Assembly: GCA_964016885.1 (NCBI GenBank)
Contig: OZ024747.1
Location: 82,770,001 to 82,834,000 of the forward strand
Length of the DNA: 64,000 nucleotides
Reading direction: 5' to 3'
Source of the DNA: Eledone cirrhosa
Lineage: Eukaryota
The stretch's first letter is position 1, and each line of letters starts with the position of its first letter. Positions 1-11,423 of this stretch are shown here, piece after piece. The notes beneath the pieces were generated by a model. The model was given only the letters and a program-made list of their open reading frames with translations, did not search any database and had not been told where the DNA came from. Position numbers and translations under genes: made by a program.

Positions 1-2944
1 ACTGCCAGGCTAGGGACCTCTGGAAGTTGTCCATGGGTCCCGAGCCGAAAGTTCTACCGAACAGGCTGGCCAGTTCGTCCTCCTCCATGCCTAGCGACTC
101 TCCAAGGGTGTCGTCGCCCCTGCTAGCCACCAACCCTCTATAGAATGTCGAGGTGGACTCTCCACTGACAGTCGGGTCCGCTTGCCAGATAGCCTTGAGC
201 GCCTGGGCACACTCGGTGTGCCAGTTGCCCAGTTTTCTCGGTCTTTGCTTCACCCAGGATTGCAGTTCGGTGAGCGAGACGAGCTGTGGGAAGGCTCGCC
301 TCACAAACGGGGCCCACACCGGCTGACCGTTGAGGAATACCTGTAGATGCCGTAGCCTCAATGCGTGCCTACGCATCAACAGCCACGGCATACCCAGCCC
401 TCCTTTCGAAGGGTGCTGGCAGCAGATGGATCTCCTCACCATGGGAGGCCGCTTCTTCCAGAGGAACTGGAAGAGCATGCGTTCCATGATGGTGAGCTTT
501 TCCTTGGGGCAAGGCACGACGGTCAGGCGGTAGTAGATAACGGACGCTATGTAAGCGTTCGTCACCTCCGCCCGACCTTTCAGTGATAGTTTGCACTTGG
601 CCCACTTCTGGGTCAGCGCAAACACCCTGCTCGTCACCTCACCCCAATTCTTCTCCACCTGGAGGTCCGGTCCGAACCAGACCCCGAGCAGCTTCACCGG
701 GCCCTCCGTCCACCGCCCGACGACACCGTCTAACGGCATCGGTTTGCCCCTCCACGTTCCGAGTTGCAAACCGACTGACTTGTCCTGGTTCAGCTTAGCC
801 CCCGTCAGCCTTTCGTATTCCTCCAGTAGGGTGGCGATCGCCCCGATTTCCGAGGCGTCCGCCACCATTACTGTTACGTCGTCGGCATAGGCCGAGACCG
901 CTTTGTGCAATCCCGGTTCCAGGGGTATGCCCCGCAGCAACTCCAACTTCCGCAGCAGTGGCTCGAGAGTCAATACGTACAGAAGGGAGGAGAGGGGGCA
1001 CCCCTGTCTGATGGATCGGGTGATTTGAAACGGCTCCGAGAGGTAGCCGTTTACTTTAATCCTAGAGTAGATGTTGCCACTGTGCATGGCAGAAATCCAG
1101 CCCCTGAAAACGGGTCCGAAGCCCGCCGCCGCTAGCACCGCATCCAGGTAACCATGGTCGACCCTATCGAACGCCTTAGATTGATCCAAGTTGATCAGGG
1201 CCCCACCAAAGCCGGGTTCGTAGCCAACCCTCTCTATGATGTATCGCATGAGGTGGAGGTTGTCGTGAATGGACCTGGACGGGATAGCGCATGTCTGCGC
1301 GTCTCCCACCAAACCACCCACCACAAGCGCCAACCTCTTCGCCAACACCTTGGCCAAAATCTGTAACTCTGCATTCAGCAGAGTTATGGGCCTAAAGTTA
1401 CTTAAGTCGTCCCCCTTGCTCTCGTCCTTCCTCACTAGCGTGACCACGCCCTTGGTCACAGAACAGGGAATTCTCCCGTTCTGTTGCCAGTTGCAATAGA
1501 CAGCCTCGAGGAGTTCGGAGAACAAGACCGGCATAGCTAAATAAAGTTCGTATGGTAGACCATCGAGACCCGGGGATTTGCGTCTGCTGCATTGGCTGAG
1601 CGCTTCCCCTATTTCAGTGGCTGTGATTGGCCTTTCGCAGCACTCCGCTTCGCCGCTCGAAAGACGCGGTAGACCGTCTAGGTATGGACCGAAGTCCATA
1701 TCCCCGTCCGGCCCCCCGCCACCTCCGAACAGTCGAGCAAAGTGCCTTTGAAAGGTCTCGCACATTCGCTCAGGTTCAAGGATCACCCGTCCATCCTGGT
1801 CTCGCAAAGACCGAATGGTGGATTTAATCCCACTCTTGGCTTCTGTCACGCGGGCCCAGCTAACAGCTTTGGTCCCCTCGTTTCCTAAAGCACGTATTTT
1901 ACTTCGGACAACGCAGCCTTCGTGCTTCGCGTCAAAGAACTGGCTCAATGCCGTTCTCGTCGCTAACACTCTGGCTACGTCTCCGCTCCTAATCGCCTCT
2001 TCTAGTTTATCTGTTAACTCCCTTTCCCTCCTATTTCTATTCGCCGCTAGTTCCTTACTGTAACCTATCGAACTTACTCTAATCTCTCTCTTTAGAGATA
2101 TCCACCACCTACTGTTGACGATCGCTCCCGTCAACCGCATCTTAACTAAGCTACTAATCCGGTTTCTGTAATCTTTCTTTGTCGGTAAGGACAAGTTCAT
2201 CTTCCAGTAACCGGGACCCTGTCTATGCGTTCTATCAAGGTTGACCACGCAGGTCACTAATTTGTGATCTGAATAGCCAACCATGATCAATTCTGGACAA
2301 CTAAATACGTCCCTATCCTTACTCCTAACCAAAAACCTATCTAGGTACGATCTAGATTGTCCACTGCGGTTTGCCCAGGTCCAGGTTGGCGCAGTTGGAC
2401 AATCTAGTCGAAATCTATCGACCAGGTCGAATCGATCGAGTAACCCCTTGAGGCTGCTACACCCCCCTCTATCGGGACATGCCCCTGCATAGTCCCAACG
2501 CGCATCTAGGATTCCATTCCAGTCCCCCACTAAAAGCAGGGAACGCGACGTTCCTAGAAAAGTCTCCAGACGCTGGAAGAAGTCGGCTCTTTCCGCCCCG
2601 AAGGGAGCATAAAGACCGACCAGTCTGAAAGCCCCGCCTTCACCGCCTCCGACGTCCAGCACCAGTAATCGACCCCCCGGGTCCGAGTGAACAATCTGTA
2701 CGTCGAGAGTCAGACGTTTATCCAGCAGTACGGCAACTCCCCCTCCGCCTCCGGGTTGACAGAGAGATGCGTGCATCTCAAAGTCATCGAAGGCGGGCGC
2801 CAGCTGTCTCACGCTGCTGATCCGACTCTCGCAAACAACCATCACATCTATACTTTGTGACCTGAGGTCACTTAGAAGCTTTGCTTGCTTCCAAGCTGAG
2901 CCCAGGCCACGCGCGTTCAAACAGCCAACTCTCAATTGATCTAT
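1..2944 (-). CDS. LINE ORF2: APE endonuclease + reverse transcriptase (open to the window edge, absent from the ORF track)
   Basis: Manual translation shows LRVGCLNARGL (~2935-2903), VGDWN (2530-2516), SYLDRFL, GYSDHK (2278-2261), SIRQGCPLSP (~1017-988) and YADD (889-878). The anchors whose frame I checked are all in one frame. The ORF track lists no stop-bounded ORF in that frame. Confidence 0.9.
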   Translation of the reverse strand, partial: MDQLRVGCLNARGLGSAWKQAKLLSDLRSQSIDVMVVCESRISSVRQLAPAFDDFEMHASLCQPGGGGGVAVLLDKRLTLDVQIVHSDPGGRLLVLDVGGGEGGAFRLVGLYAPFGAERADFFQRLETFLGTSRSLLLVGDWNGILDARWDYAGACPDRGGCSSLKGLLDRFDLVDRFRLDCPTAPTWTWANRSGQSRSYLDRFLVRSKDRDVFSCPELIMVGYSDHKLVTCVVNLDRTHRQGPGYWKMNLSLPTKKDYRNRISSLVKMRLTGAIVNSRWWISLKREIRVSSIGYSKELAANRNRRERELTDKLEEAIRSGDVARVLATRTALSQFFDAKHEGCVVRSKIRALGNEGTKAVSWARVTEAKSGIKSTIRSLRDQDGRVILEPERMCETFQRHFARLFGGGGGPDGDMDFGPYLDGLPRLSSGEAECCERPITATEIGEALSQCSRRKSPGLDGLPYELYLAMPVLFSELLEAVYCNWQQNGRIPCSVTKGVVTLVRKDESKGDDLSNFRPITLLNAELQILAKVLAKRLALVVGGLVGDAQTCAIPSRSIHDNLHLMRYIIERVGYEPGFGGALINLDQSKAFDRVDHGYLDAVLAAAGFGPVFRGWISAMHSGNIYSRIKVNGYLSEPFQITRSIRQGCPLSSLLYVLTLEPLLRKLELLRGIPLEPGLHKAVSAYADDVTVMVADASEIGAIATLLEEYERLTGAKLNQDKSVGLQLGTWRGKPMPLDGVVGRWTEGPVKLLGVWFGPDLQVEKNWGEVTSRVFALTQKWAKCKLSLKGRAEVTNAYIASVIYYRLTVVPCPKEKLTIMERMLFQFLWKKRPPMVRRSICCQHPSKGGLGMPWLLMRRHALRLRHLQVFLNGQPVWAPFVRRAFPQLVSLTELQSWVKQRPRKLGNWHTECAQALKAIWQADPTVSGESTSTFYRGLVASRGDDTLGESLGMEEDELASLFGRTFGSGPMDNFQRSLAWQ

Positions 2945-4800
2945 TTTGGTGTTGAAAGTGAAGAAAGAAAAGCACTTACCTCTCCGGGTTGTGTAATTTC
3001 CATGGCATCAGGTGTGTTGGGTGGAGGGATGTTTTGTGGTGGTGTGGGGGTACACGTGTGTGGTGGGGTTGGGGTATTTGGAGTTGTGTCAGGGAGAGGG
3101 GCGGTTATGGGGAAATCTTTCAAGAGGACGCGATTCAACGGTTTTAAACAGGGGGGGCTCACGTCCCGTCTAAATTGTTCTTTTAAGGAACGATAAAGGT
3201 CCAGAGGGACCTTTATCATTTTTAAATGGGTGAAGTTCTCTGTTGAGATAAAGTTTGGCCCTTCGGTCTGCACCATAGGGTTATTGTTTATTAATTTAAC
3301 CAGTTTTTTGTTTTCTTTATTTATATATGTGTATTGCAACGTCTTTTTTTGTGATGCTGTCAATGTTTCGGAGAGGGGAGGCGCAGATTTATTTTTGTTT
3401 GTTGAGGGTGGGGTGTTTTTGATTGGAGTTGGTGTTTGTGTGTGGGTTATTTGTGGTGTGCTGGGTGTGTGTTTTCTTTTTTTTCTTTTAACTTGTCTGA
3501 AGGCTTCTCCTCCTTCTTCTTCAGAAGTTGGGGGAAACTCTTCAGCGCTAGGTGGGAGGGACGTGTTGTGTGGTTGTTTTTTTTTTGCGGGAGGGGTAGA
3601 TTTGTTACTGTTTTTTTTATTATTTGTTTGGAATGGGTTTTGTGGTGGTGGTGGTAATGTTTGTGTCGTGCTTGTGGTTGGTGATGGTGGTGGTGATGTT
3701 TGTGTTGTGGTTGGTGGTGGTGATTTTTGTGTCGTGCTTGTGTTTGGTGCTGGTGGTGGTGATGTTTGTGTTGTGTTTGTGGTTGGTGGTGTCTGTATTT
3801 TGTTTGCTGTGTGTGGTATTAGTGTATTTTTGGAGGTGGGTGGTGTTGGTGTACTGTTTGTGGTGGGTGTGGGCAATAGTCCTTTTTGGGGGATACGTTT
3901 CGGGCAGTTAGCCTTAACGTGTCCCCTTTCCATGCATAAATAGCATGCTGGTCTTCTCCCCTCTACAATTATGTCTATTGGGGTAAGGTCATCCAGCCAG
4001 ATGCGATCCGGGATTTGTGCTATTCTTTCGGGCCTCATTTGGACTAGTATGTCGAGGCCCATTCCCAGGAACGCATCTCCAGTTGCCTTCCCCATTGACA
4101 GCATTGTGTCTTCGCCCATATCAATGAAGCCAGCAATAGCCCACCAGAAGTCCATTGTGGGCAGCATTGTTTTTACTTTTACTCTCTGTGTTCTTCTACC
4201 CATGTAGGAGGGATAGAAGCTATATGTTGTCGACGAGAGTGGGCTTAGGGAAAGCTTCTCCGCCGTTTCTTTGTCTCTTGTTAGGACCGAAATGCTGCCA
4301 TAGAGTCGGTCCTTTCGTATGAAGAGAATATTCTTCATATAGTCTTTTAGGACTAACTCTATTTCCATTTGGCTGGGCTGTGCTGGCTTTCTTGTCTGAT
4401 TCAGTATAGTTCTGTAGAGAACTGTGTTTTCTGCTCTGGCTTTCTTGAATTCTGGGGGGGAGTTAATGGAAAACATTCCGTTCTCCCCCAAAACAATGTG
4501 TTTCTTTGCTTCGGCCAGTTTTTCTCTGGCGGCAGTTAGGTCAATTGGTGTGTATGTAATGGATTGTTTTGTTTTCTGGGCGAAAGTTGCCCTGTCGTTA
4601 TTTGTATTATTTTCTGTTTGTTTGTTTTCTGTTTGCTCATTTTCCTTAACATTTGTTTTTTCATTTTGTTTGTTTGTTTCAATGTCTAATTTTGTTGTAA
4701 TTATTTTTTGTTCTTCAGACTTGGGGGGCGTGGCAGAGCTAATGGCAGACATGTCTGCCATCTTTTCCGCCATGCTGCCAAGAAAAAAATTTTTCGGCAA
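2941..4800 (-). CDS. LINE ORF1 (gag-like nucleic-acid-binding protein, 619 aa)
   Basis: CX2CX4HX4C knuckle (CYLCMERGHVKANC), Pro/Thr-rich linker and basic KRKKRK patch. Lies immediately upstream of ORF2. Confidence 0.85.
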   Translation of the reverse strand: MPKNFFLGSMAEKMADMSAISSATPPKSEEQKIITTKLDIETNKQNEKTNVKENEQTENKQTENNTNNDRATFAQKTKQSITYTPIDLTAAREKLAEAKKHIVLGENGMFSINSPPEFKKARAENTVLYRTILNQTRKPAQPSQMEIELVLKDYMKNILFIRKDRLYGSISVLTRDKETAEKLSLSPLSSTTYSFYPSYMGRRTQRVKVKTMLPTMDFWWAIAGFIDMGEDTMLSMGKATGDAFLGMGLDILVQMRPERIAQIPDRIWLDDLTPIDIIVEGRRPACYLCMERGHVKANCPKRIPQKGLLPTPTTNSTPTPPTSKNTLIPHTANKIQTPPTTNTTQTSPPPAPNTSTTQKSPPPTTTQTSPPPSPTTSTTQTLPPPPQNPFQTNNKKNSNKSTPPAKKKQPHNTSLPPSAEEFPPTSEEEGGEAFRQVKRKKRKHTPSTPQITHTQTPTPIKNTPPSTNKNKSAPPLSETLTASQKKTLQYTYINKENKKLVKLINNNPMVQTEGPNFISTENFTHLKMIKVPLDLYRSLKEQFRRDVSPPCLKPLNRVLLKDFPITAPLPDTTPNTPTPPHTCTPTPPQNIPPPNTPDAMEITQPGEVSAFLSSLSTPK

Positions 4801-4974
4801 AAATAGATATTTATTTTACCCCCTAAAAAGGGGGTAAATGCAAAAATGTTTCCCTAAATAACAGGGGTTAGTGTTCCAAATGTGTTGCACTAAAAAATTT
4901 ATCCGGTACTTACAATAGTAAGGGTAAATCCCGATGGAATAGCGGAGCCGATGCGAAGCGTGTCTTACTCTATC

Positions 4975-5010
<36 letters not shown>

Positions 5011-5018
5011 CAGATAGA

Positions 5019-5673
5019 TATCTTTCTTTATTTGCCACAGGGGCGTACACAAATGGGACATTACAAGACGTGACGGCGGGGGTTTTACATAAAAATAACT
5101 TTAACATTAATAAATAACAATAAACTATATATAATAAAATAACAATTGAAATCCCCAATAGGGGGGAACGTTACTGCAGGGTTGTTTTACACCCCGTGGA
5201 TAGAACAACCCTCAACACCAGGAACACGTTTTGTAGGTGTTCCTGTCTTCCCTCTGTTTATCTTCCTCAACCTACAGGTTTATATACAGAGAAGGCCCAT
5301 TCACTCGGGCCATTTTTGCTACATTGACCCACCTTTCAACGAATTTACTGGCGTGTAGCACCTCTCTCTCCACACTCACCTTCCTTCTCAAGTGATACTT
5401 AAAGAAGGAGATAAGTTGTTGTCTGGAGAGAAAGGTAGTTGCCCTCAGTCCTTTTAAACTCGTTCACCATATTATCTCTTTCGCCATAGCCACCAGACAG
5501 AGGAAAACCGCCTCTCCTTCGTTCTTAAATGAAGGCGGCGGGGTGATCCTCACGATGGGATTCGGCTGACAACTGGATGCGTCCCACACGTGGCAGCAGC
5601 TGTTCGGCATAATTCCACAGGTCGGTCACCCCGGGCCACTGAACAATTGCGTGCAGAACGGTTTCGATGTCCG
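5019..5673 (-). mobile_element. 5'-truncated Tx1-like LINE copy (ORF2 C-terminus + 3' UTR)
   Basis: Degenerate C-terminal zinc-finger region [10 protein letters not shown] followed by YFKYHLRRKV..ERWVNVA. Ends GTGGCAAATAAAGAAAGATATC and then (TATC)n. Confidence 0.75.
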
Positions 5674-5750
5674 GATAGATAGACAGACAGACAGACACAC
5701 AGATAGATCGACAGACAGACAGACAGATAGATCGACAGACAGACAGATAA

Positions 5751-5828
<78 letters not shown>

Positions 5829-5829
<1 letters not shown>

Positions 5830-5929
5830 TGTTTCTTTTATTTGCCACCAGGGCATCAAAAGTGGGACAAGTACAATGGGGGGAGTTTACAAAACAAGGC
5901 GTCCTCAATAAGGAGGAGGCAATAACAAT

Positions 5930-5931
<2 letters not shown>
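5829..5931 (-). mobile_element. Very short 3'-end fragment of a related Tx1-like LINE
   Basis: Same terminus (GTGGCAAATAAAAGAAACATATC) between two (GATA)n tracts. A further ~20-bp terminus lies at 6028-6048. Confidence 0.65.
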
Positions 5932-6028
<97 letters not shown>

Positions 6029-6442
6029 TGTTTCTTTATTAGCCACAAGACAGACAGACAGATAGATAATATGGCGTCAATACTTGTAGTCTAGTACATG
6101 TTTGAGAATCTTCTGTTACAATTATTGTCTAAAGCAACAGGATAAAATATTATGGTATTTGCATGTGTGTTTGATATTTTTTAAGAAACAAACGATTTTA
6201 ATGATCAATAATTAATTCCACCAATTTCTGCATTTTCAAATAAAAGATATAACTAGCAATGATCGGTAAAATTAATAACGGAACTACTTGAAAACAACAG
6301 ACAACTAACAAATTGCCGACATATAACTGTAAACACATTAACAAACTTAAGTAATCTCCTGATGATATACTTTGATACACTGAAACACGCAAACGTATAT
6401 ATCCCTGAAGTTATTTATTGCTTGAGTGTGTGTACGTGTTTG

Positions 6443-7965
<1,523 letters not shown>

Positions 7966-8634
7966 ACATATATAGGAGTTAACGCTATTCATACGCATCA
8001 TAACCACATTTATTATAATAGAGTCTATATATCGTCTGGTCGGCGTCAGAACTCCTCAGCCATGAGCTCAACGTTGTCACCAATGTGGATATTGCAATGA
8101 ATCGGATGATGGTGTATGTAATAAATTACTCGGAATTATTCGGAATTAACGAAACGTTTCTTTACATTTGATTGAAGAGCGAACTCTTCAATCAAATCTA
8201 AATATATGCAAGCCTCCACGGTGAGATCCCTGCGCATGCGGGCACGCGTGCGTTTGTGCGTATCTGTGATAGACTTAAGAAACACTCTGAACATTTGAAA
8301 TTTGCAACGTATGCATCCCAACGCAAATTATCGTAATAATAGTCCATCCCTTTAAATAGTTGGGATAATCAGATTGAAAAGAGAAAACTGGACAAAGTCG
8401 TCAGCGAGTAATTCAACCCCTCATCTCTCGAATGTTGGACAAGTCCGTTTACCACAATGTTAAAAAGCCCCTAGCTACTAGTCCCGTCTTTTTTAGGAAA
8501 ATCTTAAGCCTGTAGCTGAAAATGTAAACAAAGAGGTTGTCTTAAGAAGAATTGGGACAAAACTGAGATTTGAAGTAGATGAGTCCCAATGCAAGTAACT
8601 ATAATAATAGCCAATTATTATTTATATCAATCCA

Positions 8635-8826
8635 GGGCGGTGGATTGGCAGTATCGGTGGAGGGTCGGACGCCATGCTTTTCAGCAAAAAGTTACGGTCC
8701 TTTATGGTCTGAGTTCAAATCCTGCCGAGGTTAACTTTGCCTTTCATCCTTACGAGGTCGATAAAATAAAGTACCAGTAATGTACTGGGTAATTGCTGGC
8801 CTTGTGCCAAAAGTAGAAACAATTAT
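8635..8826 (+). mobile_element. tRNA-derived SINE (high-copy family in this window)
   Basis: A-box TGGCAGTATCGG, B-box GAGTTCAAATCC, conserved body GCCTTTCATCCTTACGRGGTCGATAAAATAAAGTACCAG, and tail GCTGGCCTTGTGCC..TAGAAACAATT. Confidence 0.85.
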
Positions 8827-10369
8827 TTATAGCAATCAAAGATGGTGCTATTGTTTAGTGGCAAAAATCCAGCACTTCCCATCTAGAATAAAATTGCTTA
8901 GATATAAAGACCCATGACTCTTCAATACCGTGCCAAAACATTAAGACACATATTGTGGTTTTAAATGTCTTTAAGAAATATTGCCTCAATTTACTGGGAT
9001 CCAAAATAAGAGTCCATCACGGTAAGAATCACAAATGAGAGTAGCGGCATCAAACGCCAACTAGATAACAAGATCTATAAATAGTGTAGGGAAAACAATA
9101 TCAGTGCCCTAGTATGGCCGTAGCCCATAGATTTGAACAACTAAAAGTGTGTGTATGTGTGTGTGTATAACCTTACCCCAAAACGAAATAAATTTAAACG
9201 AATAAAAACCATAACTAAGCTTCAGCAGACTGCGTACAAAATATAATTACACAGTTACAAATCCATAACTTTTAACACATTAAAACAACCTTAACTACAA
9301 GCAAAATCATCCGCCATATTATTTAATATCTAATTTAAAAATGAAACTTATAACCAATTAATAAATCTAAACCAAAATAATTACACATCAAAAAGACAAG
9401 AACATCATAAAATTAAAGCTAAATTAGTATAGTGATACTAAAAGCTAGAACTTGGTCAGATCACAATTACACTCAATAGTTGGTTTCTGTTGAATTTTGA
9501 CTATCAGATAAATTAGCAGCATATTAGCAAAACGCAACCCAACCCTGGAATCGAACCCACGACATTATGATTGTAAATCCAACACCCTTACCCCTAGGCC
9601 ACGTGTCGCTACTAATAAACACACAACCATCATATAATCTATGACTGTTGCCCATGCAACCTATGCGAAACTGATCCAATGAAGCCACTGTCCTTAAAAA
9701 ACTGAAATTAAACTAAAAACTAACCAAATACTAAACTATTCCTTCCATAAATTAGCAAAGATAACAAAATTTAGATTTAACATTTAATTTAAACGAATTA
9801 CACTGTAATGATATTCATAATCATAGATTCGCATTCATCACTAGAATCCAAGAAACAGCCAAATACAATTAAATTAGAATTGGGAAGTAAATTGTATCAA
9901 AATATAACTAATATATAAAATATATAATATTAAATAATTAATGTTAAAAAGTAGAACCTGGGTGTTGGCACCACATATAGCTCCCATCCAAGAAATTAAA
10001 ACTAAAAATTAACCAAAACCTTAACTAATCACTTCATAAACTGGACTTGAAAAATTAGACTTAATCAAATTAGAATTGTGAACAAATTTTTACCAAATAA
10101 AACTCAAAATTAATATTGATTTGAAATTTCGGCACAAGACCAGCACAATTGATTAAATTAATCCCAGTATTTGACGGACAAAGTTGACCCTTGGTGGGAT
10201 TTTGAGAGCAGAATATAAAGAACTACGTCAAATACCTCTCTACCTATTCTGCCACCTTTCTCAAACTCAAAATTATTATTAAAAGTAGACAACATACGTC
10301 ACTTCACTCATCCCATGATCCCCTCATACCTGAACACATACATGTGTGTGGTGAGGGTGGGGCAATCGG

Positions 10370-10482
10370 GGGAAACCACAGTAAAGTACTCAATACATAC
10401 AAATCATCAGGGCTTTCCTGATGATTTCCTTCGAATGAAACAGCTCAAGTCCTGTACAAGGTACAAGCCATTTCTATATTAA
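10370..10482 (+). mobile_element. PLE pLTR-like relic, family A (small hairpin + hammerhead-like core)
   Basis: AAATCATCAGG/CCTGATGATTT hairpin, then CTGATGA-TTTC-CTTC-GAAT-GAAA. Homologous to 30518-30710 and 44190-44349. Ends in (TA)n. Confidence 0.6.
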
Positions 10483-10513
<31 letters not shown>

Positions 10514-10553
10514 TATATATATATACACACACATATATATATACACACACATA

Positions 10554-10589
<36 letters not shown>

Positions 10590-10640
10590 CATACATATAT
10601 ACATATATATATATACACATACATATATACATATATATAT

Positions 10641-10715
<75 letters not shown>

Positions 10716-10728
10716 TTATATTTATATA

Positions 10729-10804
10729 TCTCTGATGATCGTTGCTTTTCCATTAATATCCTGGTGATATTTAAGGTTTTACACCGTGAAACTGTACAGT
10801 TAGG
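10729..10804 (+). ncRNA. Type-I hammerhead-like motif in a (TA)n-flanked insert
   Basis: UCU-CUGAUGA(10732)-UCG...CGU-GAAA(10788)-CUGUACAG-UU-AGG. Stem III is palindromic (ACUGUACAGU). Stem I is only 3 bp. Confidence 0.55.
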
Positions 10805-10932
10805 GCCATTAGAATAGGTAAATATTTATATTATATTTTTTAATTTTGATTAATTTTGATTGTATATTAATTTTGATTTATTTTGAAAAATTGATTGAAT
10901 TTTTACTTGTTCTGCTTATCTTGATATATATG

Positions 10933-10972
<40 letters not shown>

Positions 10973-10973
10973 T

Positions 10974-11091
10974 AATTGTTTCTACGTTAGGCACAAGGCC
11001 AGCAATTACCCAGTGTATTACTGGTACTTTATTTTATCGACCTCGTAAGGATGAAAGGCAAACTTAACTTTGGCGGGATTTGAACTCAGAA
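10974..11091 (-). mobile_element. SINE, 5'-truncated
   Basis: Reverse complement of the B-box, body and tail of the 8635 family. Confidence 0.8.
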
Positions 11092-11328
11092 TATATATAA
11101 TATTGGGTATGAATCGAAGTTGTAGCCACTATATACCAGGTACTAATCGAATTGTCTGAGGCAATCACAAAGCACTCAATGGTGCGAGAAGCTAAACATT
11201 ATCGTCCAGAGTAAAACAACATTAATAAAGTGTGACACCAAGAAAAATGACCGAATGCAGTGGCCATGCTTCTACAACAACGATAAATACAAAAAGATTG
11301 AAGACTCTGTGTGTGTTTGTGTGTGTGT

Positions 11329-11423
<95 letters not shown>

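Larger units (their letters stand above)
1..4975 (-). mobile_element. Tx1-like (L1 clade) non-LTR retrotransposon, two ORFs, 3' end outside window
   Basis: A CCHC gag-like ORF1 is followed directly by an APE+RT ORF2. A short 5' UTR (~4801-4975) abuts the (TATC)n tract at 4976. Confidence 0.9.
4976..6068. repeat. (GATA)n/(GACA)n microsatellite tract interrupted by LINE 3' ends
   Basis: Tracts at 4976-5020, 5674-5829, 5932-6027 and 6049-6068. Confidence 0.95.

Noticed and set aside
330-2492. Short ORFs in the first 2.5 kb
   Set aside because: They are alternative-frame or antisense shadows of LINE ORF2.
3230-4837. Plus-strand hydrophobic ORFs (237, 95, 78 and 137 aa)
   Set aside because: They are antisense shadows of the A/C-rich LINE ORF1.
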